Positions 28,366-37,630 of a stretch of 64,000 bases of DNA are shown in pieces. The notes beneath the pieces were generated by a model. It made no database searches. It was not told where the DNA came from and worked only from the letters and a program-made list of their open reading frames with translations. Source of the stretch: an uncultured Acidobacteriota bacterium. Its GTDB lineage: Bacteria; Acidobacteriota; Thermoanaerobaculia; Multivoradales; UBA5704. The position numbers and the translations under genes are program-made. The stretch lies in NCBI GenBank assembly GCA_963770895.1, contig CAVYRF010000001.1, positions 1,216,001 to 1,280,000 of the forward strand, in the 5' to 3' direction. How positions within the stretch are numbered: position 1 is the first letter of the stretch; each line of letters begins with the position of its first letter.

Positions 28366-29704
28366 GATTCTCCCCAGGTCCCGGGTAATTCCGGCTGCGA
28401 CCGCGGAACGTGTAGGTCTGCTTCGTTAGGACGGAGCCATCTTGGCTGAGCGCTCGGATCTCCATTTCGAGAGCATCGATCTTTTGGATAGTCGGGAAGT
28501 CGTTCCCCGGCGTCCAACGCGCGATTGGTTTCTCCTTCGCCCAGATCTCGACCGCGGAGACCTCTGCTGGAGCCTCGATCCGAAGAACGACCTCTCCCCC
28601 GAGGGCACTTTTGCCGGACTGGTCGAGCGGCTCGGCAGCAATGAGCCACTCTGGTGTGCGTTTCGCAGGGGTGACCTCGCGAGGTGCACGGTCCAGCAGT
28701 TCGGCGGCTCCGAGATGTATGTTCAAGCCGGGCTCGGGCCCCTGCCGCGGGGGCTCAGAGAGGAGAGCCGTCATGATCCTCGCTCCCGCGAGCAGCCCCA
28801 CAACCAGGGCCGCAGCGGTCCATAACGGCCAGTACGCCTGGCGGCGTGGCGGTGAAGCGTCGCTCTTGATGATGCGTCGCGGCGGATCCGGGGGTAAAGG
28901 AGGTTCGATCACGGGCTGGGCATGGGCCGCAACCGCGACGAAGCAGAGATCGTCGTCGCTCGCCTTTTCCTCAGCGACCCGCTCGAAGCCTTGCGGAGAC
29001 AAATTCCAATCCTCCCCGAGGCCATCTGAATGGATGACGCATCTCGTGACGTTTCGCAAGATCCGGCTTTCGAGGAGGAGAGGGGCTTCGCCGGTGCTGG
29101 ACCAGCGCCCCCGGGAGGACCCCGTAACGCCGCTCCAATGTCCATCTGCCAGGGCGATCCAGGCTTGGACGTCGCCAACCAGGTATAGGTGCAGGGTGCC
29201 TTCCACCCTGCCGAGGACAAACGCGCCGAACACCGTCTGCGAGCCATCGAGCCGCGCCTTTTTGACGGCGCCTTGGACCAGGGGAGGAAGGTCCGCCCCC
29301 GTTGGTATCGCCAGGACAAGACGCTGGATCTCTGGCGTCCAGCTCAGGAGAGTTGCTGTAAGCCGCTCCTCGCTAGGAGGAGTGGAACGCAGGTCCCAGA
29401 GGTGCTCGAGCAAGCGTTCGGACACTTCACGCGCTGCCAGCTCGCCATGGAACGATTGGCTCACTCCGTCGGCGGCGATGCCCACCACATGGACACCATC
29501 GGTGCGCAGCACCGCGAAATCCTGACCGGACGTACCCTGGGCATCGTGCTCCCGGCATTTCCTGTACCCGAGGTCTACCTCCAAGCCATGGTTCTTGAAG
29601 TCCCGATGCTTGTGCTGGACCTCCGTCGAGGAGGGGTCTGCGCGAAGATCCAGGGAGTGGGTCTCGTGGGCGGCCCTTCCCTCGCCGGAGATCTTGGGGA
29701 TCAT
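28325..29704 (-). CDS. PP2C-like phosphatase with TM helix and extracytoplasmic C-terminal domain
   Basis: GQDF, ADGVSQS, VGD, HSDGL and DDD metal motifs; TM LWTAAALVVGLLAGA; ATGA overlap with the vWA gene. Confidence 0.85.
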   Translation of the reverse strand: MIPKISGEGRAAHETHSLDLRADPSSTEVQHKHRDFKNHGLEVDLGYRKCREHDAQGTSGQDFAVLRTDGVHVVGIAADGVSQSFHGELAAREVSERLLEHLWDLRSTPPSEERLTATLLSWTPEIQRLVLAIPTGADLPPLVQGAVKKARLDGSQTVFGAFVLGRVEGTLHLYLVGDVQAWIALADGHWSGVTGSSRGRWSSTGEAPLLLESRILRNVTRCVIHSDGLGEDWNLSPQGFERVAEEKASDDDLCFVAVAAHAQPVIEPPLPPDPPRRIIKSDASPPRRQAYWPLWTAAALVVGLLAGARIMTALLSEPPRQGPEPGLNIHLGAAELLDRAPREVTPAKRTPEWLIAAEPLDQSGKSALGGEVVLRIEAPAEVSAVEIWAKEKPIARWTPGNDFPTIQKIDALEMEIRALSQDGSVLTKQTYTFRGRSRNYPGPGENRGFYKIDIRQGQP

Positions 29705-30456
29705 CGCCGCACCTGGTCTGTTGCCTTCGACATGACGAATCCGAGCTCGACCAGCTCCGGCCGGGTTCCCGGAATCAACATCCGATTGCCGGCGGCGAAT
29801 CGGTAGCCCTGGGTCGCCAGGACTTCGGCATAACTCGGCGGCAGAGGGGAGGACATCCGGAAGAGCTTCTGTGCATGGGGGTCTTTGAGCTCCGAAAGGC
29901 TCCCCACTCCGGGCCACCCCTTGACGTCACGAATCAAGGTTTGAGTGAGGTCTGCCCCGAGATAGACGTTTTCGACGAGGACGTTCCCGTCGGAAGTGGA
30001 GATGCCCATGATCTCCCGGACCATGGGCTCGGGATCGGCTGTGCTGTGCTCGCCGTCGGTCAGGTGGCAGACCAGAGGAGCTGGGCGCCCTGCCAGCCTC
30101 GGCATCTCGCGGACCAGGAGATCCCGCGCCACGGCGAAGGCCTCGTATGTCGAGGTCGCCTCGTTCGCGGTGAACTCCGGGATTCCGATATCCACCACCT
30201 GCTGGAGGAGACGGGGACCGCCGAAGATATCGACGACTTTGTCGCTGTACGAGAAAAGAGCGACCTCGTAGCGTGACAGAATCTGTTCGCCTACCAGGGA
30301 GCGCTGGATCATCCTTTCGAAAACCTGTCGAAGGGCTTGATTCACATGCGCGATCTTCGACGCTCCGTCCAGCAGGTCGGTCATCGAACCGCTGACGTCG
30401 ATGAGGTAGATGATGAGTGCGGGGGTCTGCCTGGTTGCCTTGATACCGTAGGGCAT
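29701..30456 (-). CDS. vWA domain protein (TerY/YegL-like)
   Basis: MIDAS motif IDVSGSM (DxSxS), T in ATST, HLTDG; RBS aggaggt before ATG 30456. Confidence 0.9.
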   Translation of the reverse strand: MPYGIKATRQTPALIIYLIDVSGSMTDLLDGASKIAHVNQALRQVFERMIQRSLVGEQILSRYEVALFSYSDKVVDIFGGPRLLQQVVDIGIPEFTANEATSTYEAFAVARDLLVREMPRLAGRPAPLVCHLTDGEHSTADPEPMVREIMGISTSDGNVLVENVYLGADLTQTLIRDVKGWPGVGSLSELKDPHAQKLFRMSSPLPPSYAEVLATQGYRFAAGNRMLIPGTRPELVELGFVMSKATDQVRR

Positions 30457-30710
30457 CGGGATCTCACCTCCTAGCCCACAGAAACCACTTCCTCCCTTCT
30501 TGTTTAGACGGCTGGCAACGAACCCTTGCCTGTCCTCAGCCGGGCTGGGTCGGACGTCGATGCGCGGTCGTGTTGGCGCGCTACACCGCGGACGCGACAC
30601 CGCAAATGCCAACCGTGCAGTCAGCTCCGCAGGCGCCAGGCCTCGCCTACTGGCTGGCGCAACAGCCGCATGGCTGTCGCCGCTTCCGGCAGATCTGGCA
30701 GTGGCGTTAA

Positions 30711-32213
30711 CTCTACTTTGTCAGATTTCGGAAGCGCTTGATTCCAAGGCGGTTAGCTCTTAGAATTGGGCTGGAAAGTATGATTTCTCGCCGAGACCAG
30801 ATGCTTCCCCCCCTCAAAGGACCATAGTCGGAAGGAGAGACGCTATGCCCCAGCTCCCCTGCAAGAGCTGGGAGCGCGATTCCTGGCCTTTCAGCGGGGA
30901 TTTGCGCTTCTTTTCCGCCTGCGGACCCGAGACGTGAACTTGCAAGCACGGGCGTATCTGAGCGGTTTGTTGCAGGCCGCAAAGCGCAACGTCCAGCGGA
31001 TGGCAGAGGTGGTGCCCGGCACCGAGGCTCAGGCACTGCACCACTTTCTCGCTCATTCGCCCTGGGATGCGCGAGCCGTCATGGATCAAGTGGCGAAAGA
31101 GGTCGGCGGGCTGTTGGGCGGAGATCAGGACACCTGCCTGCTGCTCGACGAGACCTGCTTTGCGAAGAAAGGCGTTCGGTCGGTGGGCGTAGCTCGGCAG
31201 TGGTTCGGCTTGCAGGGCAAGACGGATAACTGCCAGGTGGCGGTCTTCGCCGCCTTGGCGCGAGGCAAGCGGGTCAGCCTGATCGATGCGGAGCTGTACC
31301 TGCCGCGGGAGTGGGTCGAGGATCCAATGCGATGTGCCGCGGCGGGTGTGCCGGTTGAGCGCCGCGTGATGAAGACGAAGCCAGCGTTGGCTCTGGATCT
31401 GGTTCGACGAGCACGACGCAACGGAGTGCACTTCGCCTGGGTGGCGGCGGATGGGACGTATGGTCAGGATCGCGCTCTGCTGCGCGCCCTCGACGACGCC
31501 GATGAGACGTTTGTCATCGATGTTCACCGGGACCAACGGGTCTTTCTTGACAACCCGCGTCGGGCCAAACGACGTCGGGCGACACCGGAGTCTCGCGCTG
31601 AAGACTTGCGTGTGGACGAATGGGTTGCTCGCCAACCGGCCGCAGCATGGCAAGAAGTATGGGTCCGGCGCGGGACCCAAGGGGAGCTTCGTGTGCAAGC
31701 CCTGCGTTGCCGCGTCTGGGTGCGCGAAGCCACAGAGACCCAAGCCCGCTGTTGGCAGTTGATCGTGACGCGCGAGATCGGTGCGCCCGACACCACCAAG
31801 TACAGCTTCAGCAATGCCGCCGAGCAGACCTCTTTGCAACGGTTGGCTTATATGCAGCGGCAGCGCTACTGGGTCGAACGTGCCTTCCAGGAAGCCAAGA
31901 ACGAGGCCGGCATGGACGAATACCAGGCGCGAAGCTGGCAAGCTTGGTATCACCACATGGCCCTCGTCATGATGGCGCTGCTTTTCATTCTGAAAGAAAA
32001 GCAGTTGCAGAGCGAGGCTCTTCCTCTCCTGAGTGCTGCCGACGTGAAACATCTGCTCGTTCGGCTCTTACCCCGGCGGGACCTCGACATCGAGGAGTCG
32101 ATCCGTCAGGTGCAGAGCCGGCACCGCCAACGTCAAGCCGCTATCGACTCTGCTTCTCGCCGACAGCAAGAATCCAGGGCCTCTACCTCGTCGACGAATC
32201 TGACAAAGTAGAG
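30711..32213 (+). mobile_element. IS701-family insertion sequence
   Basis: 17-bp perfect TIRs ctctactttgtcagatt (30711-30727) and aatctgacaaagtagag (32197-32213); TTAA on both sides (30707-30710, 32214-32217). Confidence 0.93.
30934..32211 (+). CDS. IS701-family DDE transposase (frame open from about 30784)
   Basis: LDETCFAKKG..SVGVARQW.G..GK.DNCQV, ADGTYG, RYWVERAFQEAK...GMD.YQARSW..W.HH. Confidence 0.95.
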   Translation: MNLQARAYLSGLLQAAKRNVQRMAEVVPGTEAQALHHFLAHSPWDARAVMDQVAKEVGGLLGGDQDTCLLLDETCFAKKGVRSVGVARQWFGLQGKTDNCQVAVFAALARGKRVSLIDAELYLPREWVEDPMRCAAAGVPVERRVMKTKPALALDLVRRARRNGVHFAWVAADGTYGQDRALLRALDDADETFVIDVHRDQRVFLDNPRRAKRRRATPESRAEDLRVDEWVARQPAAAWQEVWVRRGTQGELRVQALRCRVWVREATETQARCWQLIVTREIGAPDTTKYSFSNAAEQTSLQRLAYMQRQRYWVERAFQEAKNEAGMDEYQARSWQAWYHHMALVMMALLFILKEKQLQSEALPLLSAADVKHLLVRLLPRRDLDIEESIRQVQSRHRQRQAAIDSASRRQQESRASTSSTNLTK

Positions 32214-32217
32214 TTAA

Positions 32218-33070
32218 GCAGAGGTCCAGCAGAGCCGCATCGATCGTGCCTCTGCCGTTGGAAAGGTCCAACATTCCGCGGTAGGCGCTCAGCGCCTCTT
32301 CGATCTGGCCGGACGCGAGCTGCGCGAGTGCGAGACTCCGCCAAGCCATCACCAGGCGTGGTGTTTTTGTCAAGAGGCCCTACGCGATGCTAATTCCACG
32401 CTGGAGGTAGGCAAGGGCAGCGGTTTGCGGTGGAACATGGGCGTTACCTTTCCGGCGCCTCCGGCCCCAGGACGAGCGCGATGGCCCTGGTCAGCCGTTG
32501 CCATTTGCTGGTCTCGACGACCAGCTGTGTCCGGCCGGCGGCGGTCAAGGCGTAGAAGCGCGCCTTGCGGTTGCTGTCGGAGGTGCCCCAGCGGGCGGAG
32601 ATCCAACCTCTCTCCTCTTCAAACGCTGCCAGCGCCGCCTGCGGCTCGCCCAAGCCAGCGTACGCACCCCCCAGCTGCGTCAGGTTCGCCAGCATCGCTG
32701 CCGGGTCTTCGCGCTCCCGGTCGATGGCCAATGCCGCGCGCAGTTCGCTCAACGCCTCGGCCGCGCTGCCTAGGGATAGCTTGCATTGCGCGATGCCCCT
32801 GCGTCAGATCGCCTCCTCCCGCCGCAGCTTCTGCCGCTGCGCCATGTTGATTGCATCCACAAAATAAACGCACGGCTTCCGCCGGCTGACCCTGGTCCTG
32901 ATAGGTGCCTGCAATGCTGCCGAGGGCGACGGCTTCATCCCGAGAGTTGTGGGGGCGGTGCGCCTTCTCAAGTGCGCTCCGGAAGCTCCATCGCTTCGTC
33001 CAGCTCCCCGGCTGCCCTGTGGGCCAGGCCGAGGTTGCTGATATTGTCTTGGCTCGCAGATCAAGTGGAC
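32218..33070 (-). pseudogene. Fragmented TPR-protein remnants with an embedded 3' half of padR
   Basis: TPR-like pieces [24 protein letters not shown] and WRSLALAQLASGQIEEALSAY; the frame continues across IS701 to a stop at 30621; padR copy at about 32425-32620. Confidence 0.65.
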
Positions 33071-33163
33071 CCGGGAGGTCGGATTTTGTGAGACTCCAGT
33101 CCGCCGGCCGTCAGGCCGGGCAGGCCTCGGGTAGGAGCTGCCCTGCCTGGAGCCTTTTCGCCA

Positions 33164-33490
33164 TTACTTTTTCAAGATGTCCGTCTTTTCTTTGACCCGA
33201 GCCAGTTCCCGCTGCAACCGGCGAAACTGCTCCTCATCCGATTTCAGGTTCCCCTTCCCCGGAAACGCCTCAACCGGGTCTTGCTCCAGCTGGCGCATCC
33301 AGCGGCGGAGCATCTCAGGCCGGACGTCGAGATCCCGAGCGGCAGTTGCCATCCCTCGCTCCCCAGACGCCACCAACCGACCGCCTCTAACTTGAACTCC
33401 CGACTGAATTTCCGTCTCGTCTTTGCCATCGCGCACCCTCTCGCCCGTTATGCGGGTTTTCGAGGTGTCCGCTAATCCGGGGCAAGGCCA
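33164..33490 (-). mobile_element. IS3-family remnant (left end plus frameshifted orfA)
   Basis: TG-starting end tggccttgccccggattagcggacac; MAKTRRKFSREFKLEAV then a frameshift into AARDLDV...LRRW..RLQRELARVKEKTDILKK; orfB absent. Confidence 0.85.
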
Positions 33491-33583
33491 CCCATACCTG
33501 ATCCCCGTTCCTTACGGTCCTACACAAAGCCGTCCGCGCCGTGTCTTACCGGTTGAGCCGCGGGCCGTGCCGCAGGGGGAACG

Positions 33584-34951
33584 ATGAACCAGCGCTATGT
33601 GGACTTTTCCTTGGGGATCGAGGGTGCGGATGGAGGCGGTTATCGGGTGCGAGGGTTTTCTCCCGACGCAGAAGCCGAAGGTGTCACCCGGCTCGACTTC
33701 GACCTGGATGCGCTGAGCCGCAGGCTGCGGTCCAGGGTGTCGTCGAGCGATCGGCCCCCATCGCAGGCGCTTGACGTTGCCCATGCAGCCGGCGCCCCGG
33801 CGCCAGGAAGGGAGCTGGCGGAGATTGGCAGCGGGCTGTTCGACGCACTGTTGCCCGGCGAAGTGCGGGATCTGTACGGCACGGCCTGGAGTGGCGCCAG
33901 GGCGGCGGGCCGCGGTCTGCGCATCCGCCTGCATCTGCGCCCGCGCACGCCCGAGCTTGCGTGGCTGACGAAGATTCCGTGGGAAGTCCTCTACGACGAA
34001 AGGGCCGGCAGTTTTCCGTGCCTCAACCCGCTAAGTCCGCTGGTTCGCCATCTCGACCTGCCGCGGGCCGCGGATCGGGCGCCGTTGCAGCTGCCGCTGC
34101 GGGTGCTGGTGGTGGCGGCGAATCCCGCCGGCACGGCCGAGCTCGACCTGGAGGGCGAGCTGGAATCGCTCCAGGCATTACCGCAGGTCCGCGCCAAGGT
34201 GCTGGAGGGTGCGGGTCCCGAAGACCTGCGGCTGGAGCTCCTGCGCGGCGGCTACCAGGTCGTTCACTTCATGGGTCACGGCTTGAGCGATGCGTCCCAG
34301 GGAAGTCTGGTCTTCGCGACTCCGGCGGGGCGCGCGCGGCCGGTCACCGGCAGCGCCCTGTCGCAGCTGTTCCAGGGAGCTCCCGCCCTCGCGTTCACGC
34401 TGCTCAACGCCTGTCACTCCGCCGCCGTGCCGAAGGGCAGCTCCGAACGCTCCGCGGCGGACCCGCTCGCGGGAGTTGCCGGCGCGCTGGTGCGCGGCGG
34501 CCAGGCGGCTGTCGTCGGCATGCAGCTGGCGATCCGGGATCGCGCGGCGCTGGTCTTCAGCAAAGTCCTCTATGCGCAGCTCGCCGACGGCAAGCCCATC
34601 GAGGCTGCCGTCGCCGAAGCCCGGCTGGCGCTCTACCTGCGCGATACGAGCGTCAGCGATTGGGTCGCGCCGGTGCTTTTCCTGCGCGGCGCGGACCGGC
34701 GCGTCGAGGAGTCAGCGGGAAACGATCAGCAGCCGGGCCAGGGCGAAAGGGACCGCATCTGGACAACTTACAGATCCGACCAGATCGAAGGCGGAGAACT
34801 CGTGTTTCGGGGAGCGTTCGACGCCGGAACATCGCCGGATCGATCCAGGACCAGACCCCGCGATGTCCACGCGCTCGTGGAGACCAGGACAACGAAGGTC
34901 GACAAACTGATCATCACCGGCTCCGAACAGCAGGACCGCCGCGAGGACTGA
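33584..34951 (+). CDS. CHAT domain (caspase-like) protease
   Basis: IPWEVL, LRVLVVAANP, catalytic His VHFMGHG, catalytic Cys LLNACHS, VVGMQ..I.D, W..PVLF. Confidence 0.93.
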   Translation: MNQRYVDFSLGIEGADGGGYRVRGFSPDAEAEGVTRLDFDLDALSRRLRSRVSSSDRPPSQALDVAHAAGAPAPGRELAEIGSGLFDALLPGEVRDLYGTAWSGARAAGRGLRIRLHLRPRTPELAWLTKIPWEVLYDERAGSFPCLNPLSPLVRHLDLPRAADRAPLQLPLRVLVVAANPAGTAELDLEGELESLQALPQVRAKVLEGAGPEDLRLELLRGGYQVVHFMGHGLSDASQGSLVFATPAGRARPVTGSALSQLFQGAPALAFTLLNACHSAAVPKGSSERSAADPLAGVAGALVRGGQAAVVGMQLAIRDRAALVFSKVLYAQLADGKPIEAAVAEARLALYLRDTSVSDWVAPVLFLRGADRRVEESAGNDQQPGQGERDRIWTTYRSDQIEGGELVFRGAFDAGTSPDRSRTRPRDVHALVETRTTKVDKLIITGSEQQDRRED

Positions 34952-34952
34952 G

Positions 34953-36155
34953 ATGGCCGCGGCCCTGTGGCATGGCATCTGGTCCGACAACTCGCCGGCG
35001 GGCAAGTTGATCGTTCTGATCATTCTGGCGCTCCTGGCGTGGGCGTTGCGTTGCGGTTCCCGGCATCTCAAGCGGTACCGGCGCGAAGAGGACAACCTTT
35101 CGCGTGCGATCGCAAAGCTCCGGGAGACCACGGTGCGGCGGGTGCCGGCTGCGGATGCAAACCCGCAGCCAGGCGAAGCGATCGCGGACCAGGGCGCCGC
35201 CGGCGGCGCTGCCGGCGAAGGCAATGTGTCGCCCGCCGACCTCGCCGTCGTGCGGTCGGACCTGGCTGCGGAAAGCCTGATCGCCGAGCGCCTGGCGGCG
35301 ATCGAAAAGCTCCGCACCCGCCAGGTGCGAGTCAATCCCAACGCGCTCCAGCAGCTCAGCCTGGCGCGCGACCAGGCGCGGCCTGGCATGGCCGTGCCCG
35401 GAGCCGTCGCGGGGCTGGCGACGATGCTCGGTCTGCTCGGTACGTTCATCGGCCTGGCGGTCATGGTGCAGCAGATTCAGTTCGCCCTGCCGCAGAGCTC
35501 CGGCGCCGTCACGGCCAGCTCCTGGACGCAGTCGGTCGACAACATCTCCCGCATCCTGGGCGGTATCAAGACCGCCTTTTCGTGCTCCCTCGTGGGCATC
35601 GTCTGTTCGATCCTCGCCGCGGTGACCAACTTCCGTCTGCGGTCGGCCCAGGGCCTGTTCTTCGAGCGCCTGGAGCGCTTCACCACCGAGGAGCTGCTGC
35701 CCGCGGCGGTTCCCACGGTGGAAGACGAAAGCCTGCTGGACCGTGTTTCGTTGCAGCTGGAAAACTCGTTCGCCCGTCTTGACGACATCTACCGGCAGAA
35801 CCAGGACGCCTTGCAGGACATGACCGGCGCCCAGCGCGCCTTTGTCGACATCGTGGAGGAGATCCGCAAGATCACCCGCAGCGAAGCGTCCAGAAACCTG
35901 GAAGGGGTCCTCGAGCAGGTGTCCCAGACCAACCGTTCGGTGCTGACGGTGGCGGAACAGCTGCCGAAGGTCGTCAGCGCGATGGAAACGGGACAAAGGC
36001 GCCTGCTGGACCGGTTTTCCACCCTGGTTGCGAACGTTGCGTCCCTGTCCACCGTGCCACCGCCGCCGTCGCCGGGCCGGACGCAGTGGACGTGGCCCTC
36101 CGTCGTGGCGCTGGTCGTGGCCGGCATCCTGCTGCTGCTCTTCGTCCGCCGGTGA
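34953..36155 (+). CDS. MotA/TolQ/ExbB-family (ZorA-like) membrane protein
   Basis: N-terminal TM; TMLGLLGTFIGL and IKTAFSCSLVGI channel helices; helical tail; extra C-terminal TM. Confidence 0.85.
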   Translation: MAAALWHGIWSDNSPAGKLIVLIILALLAWALRCGSRHLKRYRREEDNLSRAIAKLRETTVRRVPAADANPQPGEAIADQGAAGGAAGEGNVSPADLAVVRSDLAAESLIAERLAAIEKLRTRQVRVNPNALQQLSLARDQARPGMAVPGAVAGLATMLGLLGTFIGLAVMVQQIQFALPQSSGAVTASSWTQSVDNISRILGGIKTAFSCSLVGIVCSILAAVTNFRLRSAQGLFFERLERFTTEELLPAAVPTVEDESLLDRVSLQLENSFARLDDIYRQNQDALQDMTGAQRAFVDIVEEIRKITRSEASRNLEGVLEQVSQTNRSVLTVAEQLPKVVSAMETGQRRLLDRFSTLVANVASLSTVPPPPSPGRTQWTWPSVVALVVAGILLLLFVRR

Positions 36156-36164
36156 GGTGTCGGC

Positions 36165-36836
36165 TTGGATCTGCAACAGCGGCGCTCGACGGTCGAAAGA
36201 CCCAGCATGCCGGTGCCGTGGCCGGCGATGCTCGACCTCATCACGTCCACCCTGATGGTGTTCATGCTCGTCACCACTCTCGGCACGGTGTTTGCCAGCG
36301 ACGACATGGAAGCGGCGCTGATGCGCGCCAGGCAGGCGAAGTTCCTGGAGGATTTTCAGCAGGAGTTCGCGGCCGAGATCGGCCGCAACGAGATCCGCGT
36401 CGAACGTCACCTCGACTTCGTGCAGATCCTCTTCAGCGACGGCGTGTTATTCCGCCTGGGCGACCACCACCTGGAGGCCGCGGGGCAGCGCCTGGTGGCC
36501 CGCTGCGCCCGCGTCTTCGCCCAGGCGGGAGCCAGCGGTTACGAGCAGATCCAGGTGGAAGGGCACACCGACAGCGTGCCGCTCGACCGCCCCTCCTATC
36601 CTTCCAACAATTGGGAGCTCTCGACGGCCCGCGCGCTCAGCGTCGTCGAATTTCTCGGCCGCGAGCAGCCCGCGTTCGCCGCGGTGCTCTCCGCGAACGG
36701 ATATGCCTCGAATCGACCGGTGGCGAGCAATCTCACGCAGGCCGGCCGCGATCTCAATCGGCGGATCGAAATCCGCCTGTTCTTTTCCGGCCCGCACCCG
36801 AGCGGGCGGCAATCCCATGCGGAGAGCCCGCGGTGA
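36165..36836 (+). CDS. MotB/OmpA-family (ZorB-like) protein
   Basis: TM WPAMLDLITSTLMVFML with the conserved Asp; peptidoglycan-binding motifs VEGHTD, NWELS.ARA..V, GY...P, NRRIEI. Confidence 0.92.
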   Translation: MDLQQRRSTVERPSMPVPWPAMLDLITSTLMVFMLVTTLGTVFASDDMEAALMRARQAKFLEDFQQEFAAEIGRNEIRVERHLDFVQILFSDGVLFRLGDHHLEAAGQRLVARCARVFAQAGASGYEQIQVEGHTDSVPLDRPSYPSNNWELSTARALSVVEFLGREQPAFAAVLSANGYASNRPVASNLTQAGRDLNRRIEIRLFFSGPHPSGRQSHAESPR

Positions 36837-37612
36837 GCCGGAGCGCCGCCTGGTTTCTGCGTCGCTATCGCGATGGCAACCTCTCCAGCTCGCGCATGCG
36901 TCAGCTCCTGGAGCGGGAGCTCGAGCGCCTGGTCGCCGGCCACAGCGCCCTGCAGTCCGAGATGGACGAGCTCCGCCGCGCGGCTGCGGATCGCCTGGCC
37001 GGCTTCGACACCGCCTCGGACCTGGCCTTGCGCCGGTTGGGCCAGGATCGCTTCGACCTGGCGCTGCCGGCGATCGAAAGCGCCGCCCGGGACCTGCAGG
37101 AGCTGCGCCGCTGCGTGGCGGTGGCCGTCGATTGGCGACGGACCAGCAGCGCCTTGACCGGCGTCGAAAAGCTTTTGTCTCCGGGCCTGGAGTCACAGGC
37201 CACGCCGCGGGTGCTGCGGCGCCTGCGCGACCTGGCGCGCACGCTCCTCGACGACGGCGAAGCGCGGAAAGCGCGGTTCGTGGTTTTGCTGCTCGCCGAT
37301 CAAATCCGTCTGCTCACGACGCGCGGTCGGGGAGACGTGCCGGCTGTCTGCCAGCGATGGATCGACGATCTCGCGACGCAAGATCCGATGGCGGCGGCGC
37401 AGATCAGCAAGCTGGCGCACGAAGGCTTTCACACCCTGGCGGAGCGGCTCGCGGACGATCTACTGGCGGCGCTCGCGGCCGGCGATCGCGCGCGGCGAGC
37501 GTCCGCGGCGGGAGGCTCGCTCGGTCCGATCGCGCGAGACCTCGCCGCCGTGCGACGCCAGGCGAGCGTGGTCCACAGTGCATTGGCGCGGTGGCTCGAA
37601 ACCACCGCTTGA
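36833..37612 (+). CDS. Alpha-helical hypothetical protein
   Basis: GTGA overlap with the motB-like stop; heptad-rich MSRSAAWFLRRY..LLERELERL. Confidence 0.75.
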   Translation: MSRSAAWFLRRYRDGNLSSSRMRQLLERELERLVAGHSALQSEMDELRRAAADRLAGFDTASDLALRRLGQDRFDLALPAIESAARDLQELRRCVAVAVDWRRTSSALTGVEKLLSPGLESQATPRVLRRLRDLARTLLDDGEARKARFVVLLLADQIRLLTTRGRGDVPAVCQRWIDDLATQDPMAAAQISKLAHEGFHTLAERLADDLLAALAAGDRARRASAAGGSLGPIARDLAAVRRQASVVHSALARWLETTA

Positions 37613-37630
37613 TCCAGACGGAGGGCGGCG

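Noticed and set aside
32444-32752. Functional TPR-PadR fusion protein
   Set aside because: It lacks the PadR N-terminal helices and a credible start, and lies among broken fragments; more likely a recombination scar.
34953-36836. Flagellar motAB or exbBD/tolQR
   Set aside because: No flagellar, tonB or tolA genes nearby; the B subunit has an OmpA domain unlike ExbD/TolR; the pair is embedded in a CHAT/STAND operon on an island.
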